NCBI GenBank assembly: GCA_903916675.1
Contig: CAIWXQ010000016.1
Coordinates: forward strand, 18,964 to 82,963
Length of the DNA: 64,000 nt
DNA from: an uncultured bacterium
GTDB lineage: Bacteria > Verrucomicrobiota > Kiritimatiellia > RFP12 > CAIWXQ01
Direction of reading: 5' to 3'
Positions 8,150-16,862 of the stretch are shown here, in pieces; position 1 is the stretch's first letter, and the number at the start of each line of letters is the position of its first letter. The notes beneath the pieces were generated by a model that saw only the letters and a list, made by a program, of their open reading frames with translations, made no database searches and was not told the DNA's origin. Position numbers and translations under genes: made by a program.

Positions 8150-11100
8150 ATGTACACACCGGTTTCGAGCAAGGTCGATTTTTCTGCCATGGAGCGCGAG
8201 GTGCTCGCGTTCTGGGAGCAGCACGGCACGTTTCAGAAGAGCTTGGAAAAGAACCGCGGTCAGCGCGACTATGTCTTCTACGACGGCCCGCCTTTTGCCA
8301 CCGGCCTGCCGCACTACGGCCATCTGCTCGCCGGCACGATCAAAGACATTGTCCCGCGCTACCAGACCATGCGCGGCTTTCACGTCGAGCGGCGCTTCGG
8401 CTGGGACTGCCACGGCCTGCCGATCGAGGCGCTGGCGCAGGAGACCCTCGGCATCAACGGCGCCCACGAGATCCGCGCCTTTGGCGTGGACAAGTTCAAC
8501 GAGCAGTGCCGCGCCATGGTGCTGCGCTACGTCGGCGAATGGCGCAAGACCGTCAGCCGCATGGGGCGCTGGGTCGATTTCGACCACGACTACAAGACCA
8601 TGGACCCCACCTTCATGGAGAGTATCTGGTGGGTGTTCCAGCAGCTCTGGAACCAGGGGCGCGTGTACAAGTCGTACCGCATCATGCCGTACTCTTGGAA
8701 GCTCAACACGCCGCTCAGCAACTTCGAGGCCGGCAGCAACTACAAGGACGTGCAGGACCCGGCCATCACCTGCCGCCTCAAGGTCACGCAGGGCGCGCCG
8801 GCGGCCTGGGGCGAGACGTACCTGCTGATCTGGACCACCACGCCCTGGACGCTCCCCGGCAACCTCGGTGTCTGCGCTGGACCGGAGATCGATTACGTCT
8901 GCGTGCGCGATTGCAAGGACAACATCTGCTTCGTGCTCGCCGCCGCGCGCCTGGCCGCTTACTACAAGAAGCCCGAGGATTACGAGGTCGTGGCGCAACT
9001 CAAGGGGAGCGACCTGCTCGGCTGGCGCTACGCGCCGCTCTTCCCGTACTTCGCTGCGCAGCCAAACGCCTTCCGCGTGTTGAACGATCCGTTCGTCACC
9101 ACCGAGGACGGCACCGGCCTCGTACATATGGCACCGGCCTACGGCGAGGATGACTTCCGCGTCTGCCGCGCCGCGGGCATCGACATCGCCGACCCGCTCG
9201 ACGACAACTGCCGCTTCACCGCGCAGGTGCCGGAGCACGTTGGCGTCTTCTGCAAGGACGCGGACAAGGAACTCATCCGCCGCCTCAAACACGAGGGCAA
9301 GCTGGTCCACCAGACCACCATTGTCCATAGTTACCCGTTTTGCGACCGCACGGACACGCCGCTGATTTACCGTGCCATCGAGGCCTGGTACGTCAAGGTC
9401 GAGGACGCGCGCGAGCGCCTGGCAGCTCACAACGAGAAGATCCACTGGACCCCGGACTACGTGGGCGACAAGCGCTTCGGCAACTGGCTGCGCGAGGCCA
9501 AGGACTGGAACATCAGCCGCAACCGCTTCTGGGGTTCCTGCATTCCGGTCTGGATCAACGAGAACGACCCCAAGGACATGATCTGCGTGGGGTCCATCGC
9601 GGAGCTGGAGAAGCTCTCCGGCCAGAAGGTCCAGGACCTGCACAAGCATTTTGTCGACGCGATCGTGATCAAAAAAGGCGGCCAGACCTACCGCCGCACG
9701 CCCGAGGTGCTCGACTGCTGGTTCGAGTCCGGTTCCATGCCGTACGCGCAGCAGCACTACCCGTTTGACCGGCGCGACCAGCTTGACAAGTTTTTCCCCG
9801 CAGACTTCATTGCCGAGGGGCTGGACCAGACGCGCGGCTGGTTCTATACGCTGCTGGTGCTCGGCACACTGGTCTTCGACAAGGCGCCCTTCCGCAATGT
9901 CGTCGTCAACGGCATGGTCCTGGCCGAGGACGGCAAGAAGATGAGCAAGCGGCTCAAGAACTATCCGGACCCGACCTACATCCTCGACACCTACGGCGCG
10001 GACGCGCTGCGGCTCTACCTGATCTACTCACCGGTGGTGCGCGCCGAGAACCTGCGATTCTCCGAGCATGGCGTGAAGCAGGTTCTGCGCGATCTGCTGA
10101 TCCCATGGTGGAACGCCTACAGTTTCTTCGTCACCTATGCCAACGTGGACGGCTGGCAGGAGGACGAACTCGCCCTCCCGGACAGCCCGAACGAGCTCGA
10201 CCGCTGGATCGTCAGCTCGCTCGAGACGCTGATCCACGGCGTCACTGCGGCCATGGACGACTACGATCTGCAGAAATCCGTGCGGCCGTTCGTGCTGTTC
10301 GTGGAGGACCTCACCAACTGGTACATCCGCCGCAGCCGCCGCCGCTTCTGGAAGTCGCAGAACGACGCGGACAAGCTCCACGCCTACCGCACGCTGCGTT
10401 ACGTGCTGGTGCAGCTCTGCAAGGTGGCTGCGCCGTTCACGCCGTTTATCAGTGACGCCATCTACCGCAACCTGCGCGGTAAGAATATGCCGGAGTCTGT
10501 GCACCTCTGCGAATTCCCGTCGGCCAACGAAGGTGCGCGCAACGAGAAACTCGAGCGTTACATGGCAATCATACAGCGTGTAGTCAGCCTTGGCAGACAA
10601 TTGCGTACGGATAACGACCTCAAGGTGCGCCAACCTCTGGCCATGCTCCATATCGTCTCGTCCGATCTCGAGATTCGGAAACAATTCGAGATGTACGACA
10701 AAGTCTTACAGACTGATCTCGGCGTTTCAGGTGCCCAATTGTCGTCTCTGGGGGTCGACAAGATTGCCCATACGATGATTGAGGATGAACTCAACGTGAA
10801 GGCGATGAGATTTGACCGGGACGAAACCGCCTTTGTTCATCTGGATGTGAAAGCCGACTTCCGCAAGCTTGGTCCGCGCTTTGGCGCGAAGATGAAGCTC
10901 GCGGCTGCTGCCATTGCTGCGCTGCCGTCCGGGCAGGCCGCGCAACTCGCTGCCGGCAAGTCCATTCAGACGATCATCGACAACAACCATGAGACAATCG
11001 AGCCCACGGATGTGGTGGTGCAGCGCACGCCGCGTGACGGCCTGGTCGTGGCAGCGGAAGGCAACGTGATTGTGGCCATTGAAATCAAGCTTACGCCGGA

Positions 11101-11359
11101 GCTGGTGCGCGAAGGATTGGCCCGCGAATTCGTCAGCAAAGTCCAGAATCTACGCAAAGAGGCTGACTTCGAAGTGTCGCAGCGCATTGTCATCGAGTTT
11201 GCCGCTGGCGACGAAGTTGCCGCTGCTATTCAGGCCCACCGCCCCTACATCGAAAGTGAGACGCTGGCAATCTCCTGCGTGCGTCAGGCCAAACTGCCGG
11301 ATGCAACCGAGCTCGACCTTAACGGCCGCGCGTGCCGTGTGCGGGTGGCGCGCGCCTGA
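8150..11359 (+). CDS. ileS: isoleucine--tRNA ligase (type-2, eukaryote-like architecture by recall)
   Basis: 1069 aa from ATG 8150. FATGLPHYGH (HIGH), GWDCHGLPIE and KKMSKRLKNYPDP (KMSKS). The track start at 8060 adds 30 unlikely residues. Confidence 0.9.
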   Translation: MYTPVSSKVDFSAMEREVLAFWEQHGTFQKSLEKNRGQRDYVFYDGPPFATGLPHYGHLLAGTIKDIVPRYQTMRGFHVERRFGWDCHGLPIEALAQETLGINGAHEIRAFGVDKFNEQCRAMVLRYVGEWRKTVSRMGRWVDFDHDYKTMDPTFMESIWWVFQQLWNQGRVYKSYRIMPYSWKLNTPLSNFEAGSNYKDVQDPAITCRLKVTQGAPAAWGETYLLIWTTTPWTLPGNLGVCAGPEIDYVCVRDCKDNICFVLAAARLAAYYKKPEDYEVVAQLKGSDLLGWRYAPLFPYFAAQPNAFRVLNDPFVTTEDGTGLVHMAPAYGEDDFRVCRAAGIDIADPLDDNCRFTAQVPEHVGVFCKDADKELIRRLKHEGKLVHQTTIVHSYPFCDRTDTPLIYRAIEAWYVKVEDARERLAAHNEKIHWTPDYVGDKRFGNWLREAKDWNISRNRFWGSCIPVWINENDPKDMICVGSIAELEKLSGQKVQDLHKHFVDAIVIKKGGQTYRRTPEVLDCWFESGSMPYAQQHYPFDRRDQLDKFFPADFIAEGLDQTRGWFYTLLVLGTLVFDKAPFRNVVVNGMVLAEDGKKMSKRLKNYPDPTYILDTYGADALRLYLIYSPVVRAENLRFSEHGVKQVLRDLLIPWWNAYSFFVTYANVDGWQEDELALPDSPNELDRWIVSSLETLIHGVTAAMDDYDLQKSVRPFVLFVEDLTNWYIRRSRRRFWKSQNDADKLHAYRTLRYVLVQLCKVAAPFTPFISDAIYRNLRGKNMPESVHLCEFPSANEGARNEKLERYMAIIQRVVSLGRQLRTDNDLKVRQPLAMLHIVSSDLEIRKQFEMYDKVLQTDLGVSGAQLSSLGVDKIAHTMIEDELNVKAMRFDRDETAFVHLDVKADFRKLGPRFGAKMKLAAAAIAALPSGQAAQLAAGKSIQTIIDNNHETIEPTDVVVQRTPRDGLVVAAEGNVIVAIEIKLTPELVREGLAREFVSKVQNLRKEADFEVSQRIVIEFAAGDEVAAAIQAHRPYIESETLAISCVRQAKLPDATELDLNGRACRVRVARA

Positions 11360-11411
11360 TCGCGGTGCAGCTGACCCTGATGCCGATGTCGCATGGCTTT
11401 TGCCGCCACGG

Positions 11412-12356
11412 ATGATCACAAATATCCAATTCGAAGTTTCTCCCGGCGAAGCCGGCCTGCGGTTGGACGCCTTGGTGCGGGCGCGTGCGCCAACTTCCAC
11501 GGCAGCGCTGGTGCGGCGTGCGCTCGAGGCGGGCACGATTCTAGTGCAGGGGCGCGTGGCGGAGAAGGGCGGCAAGGTTCGGCCCGGCGAGATCGTGAGC
11601 ATTGCGGAGCTGCTGGAAGTTTCCGACCTGCGTGTACAGCCGAACCCGGCGCTGCGGCTGGAGATTTTGTTTCAGGACGACGACTTGGTGGCAATCAACA
11701 AGCCCGCGGGCATGGCCGTGCATCCGCTGCGGCCGGAGGAGACGGGCACGCTGGCCAATGCGCTGGTGGCGCAATTCCCGGAAATTGCGGCGCTGGGCGA
11801 TCAGCCATTGCTGGCCGGCGTCGCGCACCGGATCGACACCGACACCTCCGGGCTCGTGCTGGCTGCGCGCACGGCAGCCGCGTTCGAGGCGTTGCGCGCG
11901 CAGTTTGCCGCGCGGCGTGTGGAGAAGACTTACCTGGCGCTGGTGGCCGGAGCGGTGAAGCGCGATGGCGAACTCACGCACGATCTGGCGCATCATCCAA
12001 CGAGCCGCGGCCGCATGGTGGACGCGCGCTCGCTACGCGTGGCAGAACGTCCCATGCACGCGGTTACCGCCTTTCGTGTGGTGCGGCGGGTGGGGGCGTT
12101 CACGCTGTTGGAGGTGACGATCTTCACCGGCGTGACGCACCAGATCCGCTGTCAGCTCGCGCTGATCGAGCATCCGCTGGTTGGCGACACGCTTTACCAC
12201 GGTCCGGCTGTGCGCGGGTTTGACCGCCACTTCCTGCATGCGGCGGCTGTGGCGCTTGCGCATCCGCGCTCTGGCGACCCCATGCGCATTGAGGCGCCGC
12301 TCACGCCGGATCTGCGCGCATTGCTGGCGGCACTCGAGCAGAATGCGCCGAAGTAG
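11412..12356 (+). CDS. RluA-family pseudouridine synthase (RluD-like, with N-terminal S4-like region)
   Basis: 314 aa from MITNIQFEV. Catalytic motif HRIDTDTSG, plus KTYLALV and THQIRCQL. Confidence 0.85.
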   Translation: MITNIQFEVSPGEAGLRLDALVRARAPTSTAALVRRALEAGTILVQGRVAEKGGKVRPGEIVSIAELLEVSDLRVQPNPALRLEILFQDDDLVAINKPAGMAVHPLRPEETGTLANALVAQFPEIAALGDQPLLAGVAHRIDTDTSGLVLAARTAAAFEALRAQFAARRVEKTYLALVAGAVKRDGELTHDLAHHPTSRGRMVDARSLRVAERPMHAVTAFRVVRRVGAFTLLEVTIFTGVTHQIRCQLALIEHPLVGDTLYHGPAVRGFDRHFLHAAAVALAHPRSGDPMRIEAPLTPDLRALLAALEQNAPK

Positions 12357-12378
12357 GACCCCGCTGGGTGTGACGTGT

Positions 12379-12432
12379 CGGCTGACGCACTGGTTGGGGC
12401 GCGGATCGGGTCGCACGGATCGCGCAGGATAC
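12379..12432. repeat. dispersed about 54-nt element (CGGCTGAC..GCGGATCGGG..GCAGGATAC)
   Basis: Near-identical copy at 53836-53888 in the same orientation, with a few substitutions and one indel. Confidence 0.8.
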
Positions 12433-12644
12433 TGCCCCGTCTGCAGCGTTTTCACCTCGGGGCGGACACGAGTCCTGCCCCTGCGGCGCAAGCCTTGCAG
12501 CCGTGGTAATCTGCTGCGTTCCCGTGCGGCGAAGGCGCCGGGCCGCGCCCCAGTTCGCCTCGGCGCGCGCGGGCGTTGCTAGCGTCGTGGTGTTTGTTTG
12601 CGCCGAAGAAGAAAGGTTTGTGCACTCCGCCTCCGGACAAGTAG

Positions 12645-12725
12645 GCCGGCGCGTCCTCGCGCCGAGCCCAAGAGAATGAAGAGACGAGCGGTGGAAGTTG
12701 GGGCTGCGGCGAGGACGCCGCGCCC
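12645..12725. repeat. GCGAGGACGC-core inverted repeat followed by a T-run (terminator-like)
   Basis: Arms GCCGGCGCGTCCTCGCGCCGAGCCC (12645-12669) and GGGCTGCGGCGAGGACGCCGCGCCC (12701-12725), then TTCTTTTT (12726-12733). Related to the perfect palindrome at 21699-21776. Confidence 0.55.
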
Positions 12726-12837
12726 TTCTTTTTGCGTTGTGGTTCGGCGCGTCTGATCTTGAACTCAGGAAATCCGGAACGTGCGGCATAGTTGGCTTTG
12801 CCAATGGGGTCTTCCTTTTTTCTGAGTTCCAGATTCG

Positions 12838-12874
12838 CCACTCTGCGGTTGGATGTTCGGCAATTCGCGGTTTG
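12838..12874. repeat. partial copy of the CTCTGCGGTTGG element
   Basis: CCACTCTGCGGTTGGATGTTCGGCAATTCGCGGTTTG. Compare 45585-45624, 47994-48033 and 54136-54170. Confidence 0.7.
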
Positions 12875-13060
12875 AAGTAACCGCATCTTGCAGCCTCCTT
12901 TGGCAAAATTTGCCGTGTCAGGCCGTGGGGCAGGTGTGATTGGACGTTTCAGAACATTTCTAGAGCGCAACGTTCGCAAAAGATTTTAAGCCAATCCATT
13001 AACATGTTGATTATTAGCTAATTACGACTGCCAGAAAATTCGCATTTATGGAGTTTTCTC

Positions 13061-13111
13061 GTTGACGCGTGTCAAAGAATGTCAGATGATGTTGCCACGT
13101 GTCAAACAATG
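13061..13111 (+). promoter_or_regulatory. tandem 21-nt direct repeats at the mraZ 5' end (candidate operator or promoter region)
   Basis: GTTGACGCGTGTCAAAGAATG (13061-13081) and GTTGCCACGTGTCAAACAATG (13091-13111) are identical at 18 of 21 positions and spaced 30 bp apart. Each ends in one of the two candidate mraZ ATGs. The first contains TTGACG. Confidence 0.4.
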
Positions 13112-13582
13112 GAAACGGAAATCACAAAAAGTGTTCCTCCGGTTGACGGGCCGTTGTCCGGCACGTTTGAGCATGCGCTTGATCCGAAGCGACGCATCAC
13201 GATCCCGGCGGTCTGGCGCGAGGTGATGGGGTCGGTGTCGCACCTGTACGTCATGGTGGATCCGCACGAGCCGTGTCTGACGATCGTTCCGCCGGCGGTG
13301 TTGATGCCGCGGCTGCAGCGGTTGCGTCAGCAGCCGCTGTTCGATGACGGGATTTCCGAGGCCCTGCGTGATTTCTTCGCGGACGCGGAGTATCTGGCGG
13401 TGGATGTGCAGGGGCGCATTCGCATCAACGACGAGCTGCTGGCGCATGCGCAGCTCGACGACGTGGCGCTGCTGCGCGGCATTGGCGTGCGCATCCAGGT
13501 GTGGTCGCCGAAGCTGCGCCCGCGCGGCAAGAAGATCGATCCAGCGGTCGTGGCAAACGCGGCAAAGGTGTTGGGGTGTTAG
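13109..13582 (+). CDS. mraZ: division/cell wall cluster transcriptional regulator MraZ
   Basis: Two SpoVT/AbrB-like halves carrying DPKRRITIPAVWRE and DVQGRIRINDELL. Sits first in a dcw cluster. Alternative start at ATG 13079. Confidence 0.85.
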   Translation: METEITKSVPPVDGPLSGTFEHALDPKRRITIPAVWREVMGSVSHLYVMVDPHEPCLTIVPPAVLMPRLQRLRQQPLFDDGISEALRDFFADAEYLAVDVQGRIRINDELLAHAQLDDVALLRGIGVRIQVWSPKLRPRGKKIDPAVVANAAKVLGC

Positions 13583-13601
13583 GGAACGGGCAGTTCGAGC
13601 G

Positions 13602-14564
13602 ATGAGCCAGCAGACACAACATGTGCCGGTTCTTCTGCAGGAGACGCTGGCGGCGTTGGCCGTGCGTCCCGGCGGGACGTACATCGATGGCACGCTGGGG
13701 CATGCCGGCCATGCGGAGGCAGTGCTGCGGCTGGCCGGTCCGGCCGGCCGGCTGCTGGGTATCGACCGCGACACTGCGGCGCTGGCGCGCGCGGCCGAGC
13801 GGCTGCGCGGACTGCCGGGTGTAACGCTGGTGCCGGGCGATCATGGCGCGCTGGCGCAGCTGGCGCGGGAGCACGGTTTTGACAGCGTGGACGGCGTGCT
13901 GCTCGACCTGGGGGTCAACTCCGCTCAGCTCGACACGCCGGAGCGTGGCTTCAGCTTTATGCGCGACGGGCCGCTCGACATGCGGCTGGATGCCTTGCGC
14001 GGCGAGACCGCGGCCGACCTGGTGGCGCGGCTGGAGGCCATGGAACTGGCCGCGCTCTTCCGCGAACTGGGAGAGGAACCGCGCGCCCAGGCCATTGCGC
14101 GGGCGATCGTGCGTGCGCGTGCGCGTGCGCCGATCGCCACCACGGCGCGACTGGCGGAGGTCGTAGCCGCGGCCGGCGGCTGGCATGGCGGCCGGCGGCA
14201 TCCGGCCACGCGCGTATTTCAGGCGCTGCGCATGGCAGTGAACGACGAACTGGGCGCGCTGCGCGCGGCGCTCGAGGACGGGCTCGCGCTGCTGCGTCCC
14301 GGCGGCCGGATGGCGGTGATCAGCTTCGAGAGTCTGACGGACCGGGAAGTGAAGACGGCATTTATGGCGCACGCGGGGCGGCTGGTTTCGCTCCTGCAGG
14401 GCGGGGCTCGATGGGAAGGCCGGAAGCCGGCGGTCGCGTGGGTTCACCGTCATCCGGTGACGCCGGGCGAGACGGAGGTTGCGGCCAATCCGCGCGCTCG
14501 CTCGGCCAAGCTGCGCGTGGTGCGGCGGCTAACGCTGGAAGAGGAAATGCGGCTGGCGGCGTAA
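13602..14564 (+). CDS. rsmH: 16S rRNA (cytosine1402-N4)-methyltransferase
   Basis: 320 aa from MSQQTQHVPVLL. Motifs GGTYIDGTLGHAGH, DLGVNSAQLD, GFSFMRDGPLDMR. Positioned after mraZ. Confidence 0.9.
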   Translation: MSQQTQHVPVLLQETLAALAVRPGGTYIDGTLGHAGHAEAVLRLAGPAGRLLGIDRDTAALARAAERLRGLPGVTLVPGDHGALAQLAREHGFDSVDGVLLDLGVNSAQLDTPERGFSFMRDGPLDMRLDALRGETAADLVARLEAMELAALFRELGEEPRAQAIARAIVRARARAPIATTARLAEVVAAAGGWHGGRRHPATRVFQALRMAVNDELGALRAALEDGLALLRPGGRMAVISFESLTDREVKTAFMAHAGRLVSLLQGGARWEGRKPAVAWVHRHPVTPGETEVAANPRARSAKLRVVRRLTLEEEMRLAA

Positions 14565-14594
14565 GAAAGCTAATTTTTCTTCGGGAGAACAATC

Positions 14595-14999
14595 ATGGGT
14601 AAGAATCGACGTCGGTATCGCGGGCGGCACTTGGTGACGGTGGTGCCGACGCCGCTGGGAGTTGCCTTTGTCGTGGCGGTGTCGCTGGCGCTGGCATACC
14701 TCTGGATGGGGCACAAGTGCTCGCAGTACAACGAGGAAATAAAGCAGCAGGAAGCCCAGTGCACCGAACTGGAGAACGACCGTGCCCGCGAGGAGGCTCG
14801 GTGGAACGCCATGAAGCGGCCGGAGCAGCTTGACGGACTCCTGGTGCGCAACGGGTTGTTGATGGTCTACCCCAACGCCGCGCAGATCGTGCGGGTGAGC
14901 GGCACCACGCAGAGTCTGCCGGCGGGTGCGGCCGTGCTGGCGGGCGGAGATGCGGCGCGCGGCGCCACGCGGATCGCCGGCGGGCGCATGGCGCGGTAA
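14595..14999 (+). CDS. ftsL: FtsL-like cell division protein
   Basis: 134 aa with a single TM (VAFVVAVSLALAYLW) followed by a coiled-coil-like segment. Lies between rsmH and ftsI. GGGAGA precedes the ATG. Confidence 0.65.
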   Translation: MGKNRRRYRGRHLVTVVPTPLGVAFVVAVSLALAYLWMGHKCSQYNEEIKQQEAQCTELENDRAREEARWNAMKRPEQLDGLLVRNGLLMVYPNAAQIVRVSGTTQSLPAGAAVLAGGDAARGATRIAGGRMAR

Positions 15000-15107
15000 C
15001 GAATGCGGAATTCGGAAGCAGAAACTCCGGAAGTCAGGAAGCATTCCGGTCCGTATGCGAATGGGCATGACAGCAAGTAGTTCGACAGGCAGCGGAGCGG
15101 CAAACGG

Positions 15108-16862
15108 ATGGCGATGCGCGGGCATCTGGCGGGTGGCTGGCGGATGTGGTCGATCGGCCTCCTGTTGTCGCTGGGCATGCTGGCATTGGTCGGGCGCCTC
15201 TGTTTTCTGCACCTCGGCGACCTCGAGCCCGTGTCGCGCCCGTGGGAGATGACAGTGCTAGCCCGTCGCGGGGCGATCTGCGACCGCAACAACGAGCCAA
15301 TGGCCGTCAGTCTCCTGTACCACCAGCCATTTCTCGATCCCGGCTCCGTCAAGCCCAAGCACGACCGGCGCGTCATCGCCACCCTGCTTAGCGAGCGCCT
15401 GGGGATCGAACGGAACCGGCTGCTGGACTACTTTGCCGCCACCAACGTCCGCCACCAGCTCCTGCCGACACTGGTGGACGACCGCACCTGCCGCGCGCTC
15501 GCGACCAACAAGCTGATCAGCGGCGTGGGCTGGGAGGACCGCGTCGTGCGCACCTATCCGCAGGGTCGGCGCCTGGCAAACGTGATCGGATTCGTGAACC
15601 GCGAACAGGAGCTGGAGGGCGGCGCCGGCCTGGAACAGCGCTTCAATTCCTATCTGAAGGGAATCAGCGGCCGCATCGAGAGCGAGAAGGACGCACTGCA
15701 GCAGGAGATCGCTGACCGTCGCAGCACGAACATCCAGCCGATCGACGGCGCGGACGTCCACCTGACGATCGACAACAACATCCAGTACAAGGTCGAATGC
15801 GAGCTGCAGCGCGTGGCGATGGAGTTCCGCATCAACGGCGCCTGGGTCATTGTCGAGAAAATCGCGACCGGCGAAATCCTGGCCATGGCCTCGTATCCGT
15901 CGTTCGATCCCAACTGCTACGAGAAGTCCAGCCCCCAGGACTGGCGCAACCGCGCCATCGGTGTGAACTACGAGCCGGGCTCGACCATGAAGAGCTTCAC
16001 CATCGCCGCCGGGCTCAATGAGCGCGTCATCATTCCGGAGACGCGCATGGACGTGGGCGAGGGGAGTTGGTTCTTCGCGGGGCACGTGCTGCACGACCAC
16101 GTCAAGGGGACGGTCGACACCGGCACGGCGCTGAGCAAATCGAGCAACATCTTCTGCGCGCGGGTCGGGCTGCTGCTGGGCGAGAAGCGGCTGCGGGACT
16201 ACCAGCGCGCGTTCGGCTTCGGCGAGCGCCTGGGCATCGAACTGCCCGGCGAGGAGCGGGGGCTGGTGCGATCCAGCTATTGGGGCGACCTGGCCACCAG
16301 CCGCATTGCCATTGGCCAGGGCGTGGCCGTGACGGGCCTGCAAATGCTCAACGCCTACTGCTGCCTGGCGAACGGGGGCTGCCTGATGAAGCCGTACCTG
16401 GTCTCGCACGTGGTCAGCAGCCAGGGGCAGGAACTGTTGCGCAACCGGCCGCAGGTGGTCGGCCGTCCCGTGCGGCCGGAGGTCGCCGCGGCGGTCTGCC
16501 GGATGCTGATCGGCGTGACGGAGGAAGGCGGCACGGCCACGCGCGCCAAAGTTCTTAACTACACGGTGGCCGGCAAAACCGGCACGGCGCAGATCCCCGA
16601 GAACGGACACTACTCGGAGACGGAGTACTGGGCGTCATTCGTCGGGATTCTGCCGGTCGAAAAGCCGGTCTTCGGCGTGCTGGTCGTGGTGGAGAAACCC
16701 CACCCGCTGCACATGGGCGGCTATGTTGCGGCGCCGGCCTTCGCCAACATCGCCGACGCCATTGCCCGCTACCTGGAAATCCCGGCCACCGTGGCGCCCG
16801 AGGCCGAGGCCGCGGCCGACGCGGCGCGCGGCGCGCGGCCGCCCACGGAACGAATCCCATGA
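15108..16862 (+). CDS. ftsI: peptidoglycan D,D-transpeptidase (class B PBP, FtsI-like)
   Basis: N-terminal TM; motifs GSTMK (SxxK), SKSSN (SxN) and KTGTA (KTG). dcw context. Confidence 0.9.
   Translation: MAMRGHLAGGWRMWSIGLLLSLGMLALVGRLCFLHLGDLEPVSRPWEMTVLARRGAICDRNNEPMAVSLLYHQPFLDPGSVKPKHDRRVIATLLSERLGIERNRLLDYFAATNVRHQLLPTLVDDRTCRALATNKLISGVGWEDRVVRTYPQGRRLANVIGFVNREQELEGGAGLEQRFNSYLKGISGRIESEKDALQQEIADRRSTNIQPIDGADVHLTIDNNIQYKVECELQRVAMEFRINGAWVIVEKIATGEILAMASYPSFDPNCYEKSSPQDWRNRAIGVNYEPGSTMKSFTIAAGLNERVIIPETRMDVGEGSWFFAGHVLHDHVKGTVDTGTALSKSSNIFCARVGLLLGEKRLRDYQRAFGFGERLGIELPGEERGLVRSSYWGDLATSRIAIGQGVAVTGLQMLNAYCCLANGGCLMKPYLVSHVVSSQGQELLRNRPQVVGRPVRPEVAAAVCRMLIGVTEEGGTATRAKVLNYTVAGKTGTAQIPENGHYSETEYWASFVGILPVEKPVFGVLVVVEKPHPLHMGGYVAAPAFANIADAIARYLEIPATVAPEAEAAADAARGARPPTERIP

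Noticed and set aside
7898-9757. Long antisense or alternative-frame ORFs overlapping recognised genes (for example 7898..9757 opposite ileS, 1107..2204 opposite the rhomboid gene, 58625..59728 opposite trpD, 15258..16610 opposite ftsI).
   Set aside because: These are typical open-frame artefacts of GC-rich DNA. Their translations are Arg/Ala/Gly/Pro-rich low-complexity strings without motifs, while the opposite or alternative frame has clear family signatures.
10540-10860. Visibly AT-richer stretch inside the 3' third of ileS, as a possible mosaic or recombined segment.
   Set aside because: The reading frame and the protein sequence are continuous and look like an ordinary IleRS C-terminal region. 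Without computed composition statistics or phylogeny the observation is too soft to report.
12452-12886. Minus-strand ORF with a strong AAAGGAGG Shine-Dalgarno sequence 7 nt before ATG 12884-12886 (MRLLQTANCRTSNRRV...).
   Set aside because: The translation is made almost entirely of dispersed-repeat sequence, is low-complexity and has no recognisable domain. The Shine-Dalgarno-like string lies next to a small palindrome. It is probably not a gene.
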